DNA of 64,000 nucleotides from Giardia intestinalis (Eukaryota): NCBI GenBank assembly GCA_000002435.2, contig CM018792.1; one strand, 5' to 3'. Shown piece by piece: positions 1 to 10,200 of this stretch (position 1 is its first letter; each line of letters starts with the position of its first letter). The notes under the pieces were generated by a model. It saw only the letters and a program-made list of their open reading frames with translations, ran no database searches and was not told where the DNA came from. The position numbers and the translations under genes were made by a program.

Positions 1-192
1 GGCAGAGAGCCCGGGCCATCGCCCACTCCCCGCGGTCTCCGAAGAGCGCTCGCCTCCTGGTCCACCGGTCCGCATGCGCATCTATTTGCCACGCTCTAGC
101 AACGAAGGCCCTCACCGGTCTGGCTATCCTGCACTCGACGTGGAAGGTGTTTACATGCGTAATGCACCGGCCGTGGACCAAATCTTAACTTT

Positions 193-1521
193 ATGGCGCC
201 CAGGGCGTCGTCGCCGGCGGAGGCTCCCTCCTTCCCGTCTGTGTCCTCTGCGCTGCAGATGCTTGTGCGGCCGCCTGTTCCAGCGTCAACAGGCGGGCAT
301 GACCCCGGTGGAGCGAGTCGTCTCCGAGAGGGGCGCAGGGCCTGCGACCTGCGTTCTAGGCTGGGCCTTCTTCTGGGCCAGGCTGACGCGATGTCGGGGA
401 GAAGCCGAGTGGGCCCGGAGACGCACTGCGCAAGGCTCCACCAGCTTCTAGCGCGGCTCGCAAGGCTGCAGGAAACAGACCGCTTGCTGGACGCCATTGA
501 GTGTTCGAGTGCCTGCATGGCACAGATCAGCGACCCGGCCTGCCTCCGGTGCCTTCTTCGCGCACACTCCGCCCTAAGCATATCCCCGCCTCCGGCTGGC
601 CGTGGCGTCTCTCTAGAGAGGCAGCGGCAGTGCATGGCGTCGTCCATCTGTGAGCACTTTTCAGCAGGAATCCGAGGGGCGCTGGACAGGATCCTTGCTT
701 CGCGCCTCCGCGCCTACCACGAGACGCGCGCTCAAGCGCATCTTACGAAGCCAGAGGCCTCCGACCAACTGGCTAGCCTCCTGTCCGGCCTCCGCGTGGA
801 GGATGCTGCCCCCATTTCGGCGCACTGGAGCGACCAGCTCTTCTACACGGCTCTCTGCCGCGAAGCAGCCGTTGTCTGCGAGTCCCTGTCTTCACTTGCC
901 CTTTCGGTGTCGGAACAGGTTAGGCGCTGTATGCACTTGGGCGACAGCGGACCTTTGACTGCGCTGCTCCACGCCGCCAGGTCTTTCGTTTCTGCGTGCG
1001 AGCACGCCTTTTCTGTGTCCTTCCCGACTGGGCTGATGAGTGAGAGCGGAGAGGCAGGCCTTTTGCTGGGCGGGATCGAAGAGACGGGGCCCTACTTTTC
1101 TGCGCGATTGAAGCTGGCCCGGGCAAGGGGGCGGCCTCGTTTAATCGGGCGGCTGTTCGGTTGGTCCGCTGCGTCCCCCATCGAGGCATATGTAGAGCGT
1201 ATTCGTCAAAACTTCAGCGGCCCTGCAGCATGGGCTCCTCCCTACCCAGAGCCGGGCCAGAGCCTTGTGTCTGACAGCTCTGCTGCGAGGCGGTGGCACA
1301 CTACCGGCGCAGGCCAGCTCTTCGTCGACTTCCTTGTTTTGTTTCTGGGGTCAATCTTTGATGCATTTACTCTCGGGGATCAGATTGCAACCTTCCCCTC
1401 TATAGGCCTGTATCTCAGCAACAATCCAGTGGCGGAGGAAGGCGGGCTATTCGCACGGGTCTTCGCTACATACTCAGGAATGGTTGCCAGTGAAGCAGGA
1501 GGTCTAAGGGCTATCGAGTAG
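193..1521 (+). CDS. hypothetical protein in a GC-rich block; true start uncertain (internal Met at ~391 possible)
   Basis: 442-aa ORF with protein-like composition in its C-terminal two thirds. The region is ~65% GC, so alternative-frame ORFs are also long. Confidence 0.3.
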   Translation: MAPRASSPAEAPSFPSVSSALQMLVRPPVPASTGGHDPGGASRLREGRRACDLRSRLGLLLGQADAMSGRSRVGPETHCARLHQLLARLARLQETDRLLDAIECSSACMAQISDPACLRCLLRAHSALSISPPPAGRGVSLERQRQCMASSICEHFSAGIRGALDRILASRLRAYHETRAQAHLTKPEASDQLASLLSGLRVEDAAPISAHWSDQLFYTALCREAAVVCESLSSLALSVSEQVRRCMHLGDSGPLTALLHAARSFVSACEHAFSVSFPTGLMSESGEAGLLLGGIEETGPYFSARLKLARARGRPRLIGRLFGWSAASPIEAYVERIRQNFSGPAAWAPPYPEPGQSLVSDSSAARRWHTTGAGQLFVDFLVLFLGSIFDAFTLGDQIATFPSIGLYLSNNPVAEEGGLFARVFATYSGMVASEAGGLRAIE

Positions 1522-1725
1522 AGCCATTACTCTGTCCCGATGAGCCGATCCCACCTCGCACCCGTCGCCCGTGCAGCGCCGTCCCTCCGGGCACACGACA
1601 GGGCGCCTCGTGTGCGACCAGGCCAGCGGGCTTCTCCCAGGGGCAGCCCTCGGAGTGGGAGTCTCAGAGAGGAGGCCGCCGGGGCACCCCCACCCGCTGC
1701 ACGCAATCCGGTCCACACCACAGCC

Positions 1726-1833
1726 TCTCTACTGATACCCCTGTTCGTGGTGAGCGCGCTTGCAGTAACCTACCAGACCGGCAAGTGCGAGACGGTCGGT
1801 AGCACAGAGATCTGCACCCAGTGCAGGGCCGGG
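1726..1833 (+). other. VSP signal-peptide / N-terminal segment (SLLIPLFVVSALAVTYQTGKCETVGSTEICTQCRAG) in frame +1, out of frame with the VSP body
   Basis: Hydrophobic leader plus the first CxxC motif typical of VSP N-termini. No ATG lies immediately upstream. The frame switches to that of 1821..3776 inside a G-run at ~1831-1834. Confidence 0.6.
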
Positions 1834-3776
1834 GCGTCCCGGTCGACGGCTTCTGCCGGCCCCCCGGCTCCATCCAGGCCGCGGCAGCCGGGTGCACCAA
1901 AGCGGGTGGGGCTGCCCTCGATAAGACGGCAACCACCTGCGGAAAGTGCGGCGATGGGTACTTCCTCTTCATGGGCGGGTGCTACAAGACAGAGAGTCAG
2001 CCCGGCAGCGAGATATGCACAACAGCCAGTAATGGACTGTGCACTGCTTGTAACACAGATAGTCAGTACATATTCCAGAACCCTGCTGCACCATCAGAGA
2101 AGGGTAGCGAGTGCATCTTGTGCTGGGATACTACAGATAGAAACGGGGTCATGAGAGTGGATAACTGTCTCAAGTGCACGGCACCTGGTGGCAATACAGG
2201 AGCTGCTAAGTGCACTGCCTGCACAGAGGGACACTTCCTACACACAGATGGGACGTGCCAGGCATGCGGCGCCGGTTGCTCCGAGTGCACGTCCAACACA
2301 GTGTGCACGCACTGCATACCTGGAAGGTACCTGAAAACTGGTGGCAGCTGTGTCGGTGATAACGGCTGTGACGCACAACACTATGCAGACCCGCAGAGCG
2401 GAGAGTGCAAGTCGTGCCCCACTGATACAGCGATACCGGAGTGCACCGCGTGTGCATACAATGATACCCTCAAGAAGCCCGTATGCAGCGAGTGCGACAG
2501 TGGACAAGCAAAGAATCTTCTCAAGAAGAAGGTCGACGGGACTGCGGAGTGCGTCGATGCTGCTGGGTGCGCAACTGTCGGACAGGACGGGACGCACTTT
2601 CGAAGTGACGGAGATACCAAGTGTATACTGTGCGGTGATAGCAGTGGGTCTGGCAACGACCAGGGCATAGCAGACTGCGAGATGTGTAGCAAGGAAGCCT
2701 CTCAGAAGCCGGTGTGTAAAGCATGCCTCCCTGGATTCTACTTGAGTAGCACTTGCAAGCCCTGTGCAGGAAACTGCGCAAAGTGTGGCTCAACAGGAAA
2801 CATACAGGACTGCACTGAATGCATGCCAGGGTACTTTCTAAAAACCGAGGGTGTAACAAAGGAGTGCGTCCCTTGTAGTGACACAGCCAAAGGTGGCATC
2901 GATGGATGCAGTGTCTGCTCGAATGATGGCAATACTTTCAAGTGCACTGACTGTAAGCCTAACTATAAGAAGCAGCCCAATGGAGGAGCAGGGGATGACT
3001 ATACGTGTGTGAAGGTGTGTGAAGACCCCACTGCCTGCGGGGGGACAGCTGGCTCTTGTGATGCAATAGTGATCGACAATGATGGAGTAGAGCATCACTA
3101 CTGTTCATACTGTGGGGAGAGTACTAAGGTACCAATTGATGGCATCTGTGCTACTGATAAGAAAGGTAATACTTGTAACAGTCATACATGTACACAGTGT
3201 GCTCAAGGGTACTTCTTATACATGAATGGCTGTTACAAGGTTGATACAGAACCAGGAAGCCTCATGTGCTCGAAAGCAACAACAGCTGGTGTCTGCACTA
3301 CTCCCAATGCCAACAATAGGTACTTCATAGTCCCAGAGGCAAAGGCTACTGATCAGTCTGTGTTGGCCTGTGGCAACCCCCTTGGCACACTAATAGGTAC
3401 TCAAGACAAAGCTAAGGCATACGTCGGGGTGGATGGCTGCTCCCAGTGTACAGCCCCGACACAGCTAGAGGCTCCTGGTATGACCTCCGCTGTGTGTACT
3501 GCCTGTGACAGTGGTAGGAAGCCCAACAAGGACGGCAGTGGGTGTGTGCTGTGCTCTGTGGGTGATTGTAAGAGCTGTGTGATGGATGATGTGTGTGGGG
3601 AGTGCAACAGTGGCTTCAGCCTAGACAGCAGTGGGGCCTCCTGCGTGTCCTCTGGCGCCAACAGGAGCGGGCTCTCCACGGGGGCCATCGCGGGGATCTC
3701 CGTCGCTGTCATCGTCGTCGTGGGGGGCCTCGTGGGCTTCCTCTGCTGGTGGTTCCTCTGCAGGGGGAAGGCATAA
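1821..3776 (+). CDS. variant-specific surface protein (VSP) body, 651 codons; 5' end disrupted (probable pseudogene, or a homopolymer frameshift error)
   Basis: Dozens of CxxC motifs, GGCY and 'CTxC' repeats, a C-terminal TM helix and the invariant Giardia VSP tail ...GFLCWWFLCRGKA immediately followed by stop. An AGTGAAT poly(A) signal lies 11 nt downstream. Confidence 0.85.
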   Translation: MQGRGVPVDGFCRPPGSIQAAAAGCTKAGGAALDKTATTCGKCGDGYFLFMGGCYKTESQPGSEICTTASNGLCTACNTDSQYIFQNPAAPSEKGSECILCWDTTDRNGVMRVDNCLKCTAPGGNTGAAKCTACTEGHFLHTDGTCQACGAGCSECTSNTVCTHCIPGRYLKTGGSCVGDNGCDAQHYADPQSGECKSCPTDTAIPECTACAYNDTLKKPVCSECDSGQAKNLLKKKVDGTAECVDAAGCATVGQDGTHFRSDGDTKCILCGDSSGSGNDQGIADCEMCSKEASQKPVCKACLPGFYLSSTCKPCAGNCAKCGSTGNIQDCTECMPGYFLKTEGVTKECVPCSDTAKGGIDGCSVCSNDGNTFKCTDCKPNYKKQPNGGAGDDYTCVKVCEDPTACGGTAGSCDAIVIDNDGVEHHYCSYCGESTKVPIDGICATDKKGNTCNSHTCTQCAQGYFLYMNGCYKVDTEPGSLMCSKATTAGVCTTPNANNRYFIVPEAKATDQSVLACGNPLGTLIGTQDKAKAYVGVDGCSQCTAPTQLEAPGMTSAVCTACDSGRKPNKDGSGCVLCSVGDCKSCVMDDVCGECNSGFSLDSSGASCVSSGANRSGLSTGAIAGISVAVIVVVGGLVGFLCWWFLCRGKA

Positions 3777-3786
3777 GTACTTAGGT

Positions 3787-3793
3787 AGTGAAT
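3787..3793 (+). terminator. Giardia poly(A) signal AGTGAAT (AGTRAAY) after the VSP stop
   Basis: Consensus match 11 nt after TAA, as typical for VSP genes. Confidence 0.6.
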
Positions 3794-4203
3794 GCTCCGT
3801 TGGTGGTTAGTGCTCAGTGAGCGTCTGCTGTCCATCCACTCGGTGCTGTTCTGAGGGCAGTGTGCGCTGGGAGCGGTCTCCAGGGTCCTCCCGGCCGGGG
3901 CAGGGCAGGCGACAACGGAGCCACGTTTGCAAGGGACTGTATGAAGCATGAGAGTCTATGCAGGGGTGTGAATGGTAAAGAGGAGTATCTGTGTTTTAAA
4001 TAGCATCATAAGATGAGAAGGCATATATAATCAATGCTTGCTGATTAGCACTCCTTTAATAGCAGATAGCCATTACTAAAGAACCTAAAAAGAAGGCGAC
4101 ACCTCAAGGCTGAGACACGATAGACAGGCCCCATGACGAATTATTCGACCGCAGTTAACGAGCTTAAAGATTATTGAGCAGACCAATGTGAATAAACGGA
4201 AAA

Positions 4204-7200
4204 ATGGCTAGTCGAAAACCTAGCGAGCAGCCTCGAACCGGGACAGAGCAGATTAAAGAGCAACTTCTTGCTATCGAGCGAGCAGATGCTCTCTATGGGT
4301 GTTATAGAACAACGACCCCGGGAGTCTACCGAGGCTGGCTTTATAATCTCTACGAAACCGTTTTATTTGGCGACCCCAATGAGGCACGAATCCCTTCTGC
4401 TCAAAGTCCTCCACTTTATGCTGCCGTTGAGTGCTACTTTATGACCGCAGCCCTTGATTTATTCAAGATAATCATTCCTGTGAAACCTTACTTCTATATC
4501 CAGGCTCCTGTGGAGAATTACTTATTCATACAAGAGCGTCTCCTTTTACACTACCCTGACTTGCACATTGAGATGACGCTGATAGAGCGCAATGACTTGT
4601 CGGTCCAGAATCACATTGCTAATGATGGAATAGCTCACTTGCGTCTTTCCTTTGACAATCTCACTAATCTCCGCACTGTGTCTACAGCCCTACTTGGGTT
4701 ACTCCGCCAGAAAGAGCTTTCTGCTGTCGGTGATATTTATAACAAGGCTGGAATTGCCCGAATTACACCAAACACGGACATCAAATCCATTCCTCGAACA
4801 CTCAAGTCCCTCGTGGATTATATAGGTAACGTTTTGGAACACGATGTCAACCTGACCGCTCGGTTCCTTATAGATAATGAACTAACCATGTCGACATGGT
4901 ACAGCGTGACAGTAAAACCAGAGTTAGAAACTCCTTTACTAGAACGCCTAGAGGGTGGTGAATTTGAGCTCCCACCTGTTCCAAAGGTACTAGCCTATGA
5001 CATAGAGACAACAAAAAAGCCCCTTCGCTTCCCAAATGCGGAGGCTGGAGACCAAATAATGTGCATTTCATATATGTTTGATGATCAGGGGTATCTGCTA
5101 ATTAATCGTTCAATCTTCAGCAGAGATATAACTGATTTTGAATATACTCCAAAGCCCGAGTTCCCCGGAAAATTTGCCTGTTTCAACTTACCTACGGAGA
5201 AGGATCTCCTAATCTTTTTCTTCACACATATACGTACAGCCCGGCCGAACATTTTTGCAACATTCAACGGGGACTTCTTTGACTGGCCCTTTGTTGACGT
5301 TCGTGCAGCAGCCTATGGCATGGATTTGCTAGACGAGATTGGAGTTTTAAAATCTGAGTCCACTTCCCGTGCTGGACTTGTTGAGAAGCAATATTATGCA
5401 CGAGCTGTCCCCCATTTGGATTGTTTCAGATGGGTGCGTCGTGATTCCTACCTTCCCCAGGGCTCACAAGGCCTTAAAGCTGTCACACGGGCCAAACTGA
5501 AATATCATCCCGATGAGCTTTCTCCTGAGTTAATGGTTTCCTATGCCCAGACAGATCCGCAGGTTCTGGCTTCTTATTCTGTCTCTGATGCCGTTGCGAC
5601 ATACTATCTATATCGAAAATATGTACATCCATTCATTTTCGCACTGGGAACCATCTTACCCCTGAATCCAGATGACATTCTGCGGCGAGGAACAGGAACG
5701 CTTTGCGAGCACCTCCTCATGGTGGAAGCATACCAGGCTAATGTGCCGTTCCCCAATAAGCATAATGACCCGCTACTTCAGGTAGTGTTTGATGCAAATA
5801 AGGAAAAACGAATCTTACTTAATCAGACCTACGTCGGTGGCAAGGTGGAAGCAATAAATGCAGGTGTCTATAGAAACGACATTGCCTACGACTTCGGATA
5901 CTACAGTGAAGCCTTTAAGACTAGGAGGTTTGAAGGGTATGGATATCTGCTACGATACATAGACAGAGATCTGATTATTCAGCTTAATGTGAGCAAAGTG
6001 TGTAACGAACATACGAGCGCATACCAAAGTGTGCTCAACATACTTGAAGAGATAAGCTTGGAACAGAAGACGATTGAAAGTATATGTAAGAAGGATTCTC
6101 ATGCTTCAGCAACAGAATTATGTTTTTATAAAACGCCAAACAAAAACATTATCTGGCTGCCAGATACCTGGACTAAAGCCAGGGAGCGACTAAAAGAAAG
6201 ACTTTCAAAACCGTTTGAGTCTTATGGCAATCATGTTGACAACCTCATTAGGCATGTTGAGACTACTATCTGTTCCAATTATTCTGAAGTACGGAACTAT
6301 ATTATCGAAGGATTGGTTGCATGTAGCAATACCGTTACTTCCAAGCCCCTTCTCTATCACCTCGACGTTGCAGCTATGTATCCGAATATCATGTTAACAA
6401 ACAAGCTCCAGCCTACTGCTATTGTTGACCCAAATACAACTTGTGCTTCTTGCGACTTTAGCACTATTAAAGAGGCGCAAGTATGCCAGCGTATCATGGA
6501 ATGGGACTGGCGAGGGTCCTACTACCCACTCGACTTTTCAGAGTATCTGATGATAAAAAATCAAACAATCTCTCAGATTGGTGCTGACAGGTGGATGCAC
6601 GCTCTTACTGAATCTGAAAAGGCCAGACTCCTTCATGAGCGTTTAGAGACGTATTCCAAGAGCCAATATAAGCTAAAACAAAAGACCGAAGAGATGCGAA
6701 GGAAAACCATTGTATGTCAGCGTGAAAATAGCTTTTTCATAGATACAGTTCGAAAGTTTCGTGATCGTCGCTACCGGTTCAAGAGAGAGCAGAAAGACCA
6801 TTCCTTAAAGCTGAGTAAAGCAAAGAAACAGCTCACCGAATTAATGGAAGCAGGCCTTGAAGCGTCTGAAGATGCCCAAAATTTACGAAGGGAAATAGAC
6901 TCCCAAACTGGGCTGATAGTTTTAAAGGAGTCACTCCAATTGGCTCACAAATGCATTCTCAACTCCTTCTACGGATACGCCATGCGCAAAGGAAGCCGTT
7001 GGTATTCCCTTGAGATGGCTGCAGCCGTCACACATGCTGGTGCAACCATTATAAAGCGTGCACGGACCCTTATTGAAATGATTGGGTTTGTGCTAGAGCT
7101 GGACACGGATGGGATTTGGTGCTGTTTACCATCATCGTTTCCTGAAACCTGTACGTTTACTATTATCGATCCAGGAAACACTGATGCCCAAAGCAGCCGG

Positions 7201-10200
7201 AGGGTAAGCTTCAGCTATCCTGGAACAATGTTAAATGCACTGACACAAACGCAGAACACTAATAAGCAGTATCTTATTAACGTCATACATAATAAGGATC
7301 CTCCATCTCATGACCATGGCATTAAATTAAAGTGTGATAAGAATGCTCAAGGATCCCTTCCTGGATTTGACTCTAATGATATGTCATTGTTATTATATGC
7401 GTCCTCTCCATCTAGGGATTTGTTACTAGGCAAGAATACCTCGTCTTCTAGCACTCAGTTGGAATCGCCAATTAAGGCATGGAAAAGAGTCAATGAGTGC
7501 ACAATTGAGTTTGAGGTTGATGGACCCTACTCATGTATGGTTTTATCAGCAGCTAGAGAAGAGGGTGTTCGAATCAAGAAAAAGTACGCAGTCTTTGACC
7601 TTACGGGGGGCCTTTCGGAACTGAAAGGATTTGAGCTCAAAAGGAGAGGTGAGCTAAAAATTATCAAGTCATTTCAGACACGTGTTTTTTCCCAATTCCT
7701 TAAGGGTGGAACTCTGGAGGATGCATACGATCACGCAGCAAGGGTTGCAAATACGTATTTGGATATTATTTATACCAAGGGATCCTTCCTTACAGATCAG
7801 CAACTCATTACACTTATATCTGAGGCCAGTACTCTGAAAAACTCCCTCAACAGTACGCCCAAAAACCGCAAATCCACTTCTATTACATGTGCTCGCCGCA
7901 TGACCAGCTTTCTTGACCCTTTGTTCGCAAGTGTAGACGGATTAAGCGTTGAGTACATCATTAGTAAGCTCCCAGAGGGATCACCTGTTAGTGAAAGAGC
8001 TGTTCCAGTCCAGATATTCAATTCTCCCGAACATGTACGGTTCAAGTTTCTTCGACAATGGATAGGAGATCACAAAGGCGACACTGTTGCAGATATACGT
8101 GAACTTATTGACTGGGATTACTACCTAGCTAGACTGTCCGGAGCTATCTATAAGATAATAGTTGTTCCATCTGGTCTCCAAGGGATTGCAGCCTCACCAG
8201 TTCAAAGAATTGCATTTCCTGATTGGCTGGTCCAATCCCAGGCACAACTATCCACCAAGCAATTCAGTAACATTTTGCAGCAGTATTTAAAGATAGGAAG
8301 TGAAAAATCTAAGGCCGCAAAGTTAAATACACAAGCAATCGAACGCGGAAATCCTTATCCTAACGAAGAGCCTCTGTCCTCTGCTAATACTAGTAACATT
8401 CAAGAAGATGACCCCAACGAAAGTGAAGATGAGAATGATACCGTTTCAACTGGGACAGAATCCGATGACAGTAGTTGCAGCCATGAAGAAAAAGATGGTC
8501 ACGTTAGGCCGCACCTTGTCGAGAACAGGCTCGTCCACCACCCAAAAACAGCTGCAGAATTTTCACGATGGTATATGCAGCAAACCGTTTACTGGACAGA
8601 ACTTGTGGAGAAGAACATCATTGGAAGGCCGTACTATCTCTCTCACAATGTATCTCTCGGCGGTAAACATTCCATATCCCATCAATTACGTGCCAATCGT
8701 GCGATGTATGATGCCAGTAACGATTTTAAGTTACACATAGTGACCGTTACTGTTCTCCCCTCGGGAAAAGTATCGTGCTTCTGCATAAATAAGAATAGGA
8801 TAATGAAACGCATTATCTTTGGAACATCGGTACGGGTATACTTCAACCTCAAAACTGCCATTCCGCAGGATGTTATTGCTAATTATTCATCACCGACACT
8901 TACAATTGCTGATGTTACGAAAAAGAATCTGGTTCTTCCCGATATGGCTTGTTGTACTCAGCTGTTGCTGTATGAAATGAGTGCAGATACACATGCATCG
9001 GGACAGTCGTCCTTCCAAGAATTGAAAAGCAGTGTTGTTGTAACGGACGTTTACGAAGCTGATGTATCAGGGCCTTTTCGGTTCTTAATTGAGTTTCGTC
9101 ACAAGTTGGACCTTCCCGAAACATATGAAAGTAGAAGATTTCTTAACATGGGGGAAGTACCATACACATACTCAGCAAAGTATGCTAGTCAAGGATCTGC
9201 AAAGAATGGTACTGATTGGTTTTCTATTTTTCCATTTGAAAAGGATACTTCACCGTGTTACCCTGTTGGTTTTGTGGTAGAGACAAACAAGCATCTTACA
9301 AGCCTACTTCCAGATGGACGGTTGGCACTCATAACTGTTGCTACTGACATTGATCCACTTAACTTAGATATTGACGCAGAGGCAGTAGCCCCTGACGTAG
9401 CTTCTCTTTTTGCTCAGTTGCTAGAGGATTTTGTGGGACACCTTTCCACAGGGGCCACCAAACCAGGCCAGGCTACATTAGATTCAGTAGTTGCTCACAC
9501 ATTTAGGTATATCCTAAGAGTCATTAAGCAGTGTGGGGTTGAAGAAAAGGAAAGGACGTCAGGATTGAATATACAGACACTCAAGAATGCTCTCCTATTT
9601 AGAACAGCAAGAAATCCAAGTGATGCCATTGAAGCCCTTGCAGAGTTATATAGTCAAAATAGTGAGTCTGCATTATTATTCTGGAAAGCAGATTGCAAAA
9701 GTAAGAGCCGAGCCAGAAGCACGTCGACAAACATATATTTCAAAGAGCAACATTTTATCATTGATTTGCCTGAAAACCCGTGTCCGTACACAGAGATCCT
9801 AATCTCACATGACACGCATGCCCCTTACAACCAAGACGCACCAACTGAAGAGCCAAGTCTGAAGCGACCACCCGTTCTTTCTGCATGCAACTCAGAAATC
9901 ACAAGACGTTTCACTATGATGCTCCAACCCTTAGTATCTCTAATAGTTGACACAATAGTGGCTCAATATATCTCTCACATTTTCACTATTCCTATAAACC
10001 TCGTGCTAGATGAATCTGAGTTCTGTAAAGTTGTTCTTCCTCAAGATCTTCTATCTGGAACTCAAGCATCCTGTACTACTACTCTACTACTTGATACCCT
10101 TATTGCAAGAGAGTATGCCAACAACAACATGCTGCTGCCATCACGAGACCGGAAAGAATCAAGAATGTTTGCCACCGAATACACGTTGCGAAGTGGAATG

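Noticed and set aside
1540-2154. 204-codon ORF upstream of and overlapping the VSP
   Set aside because: It is not an independent gene. Its C-terminal part is the VSP signal peptide in a shifted frame and its N-terminal 60 residues are R/P/G-rich filler. It is treated as part of the VSP disruption.
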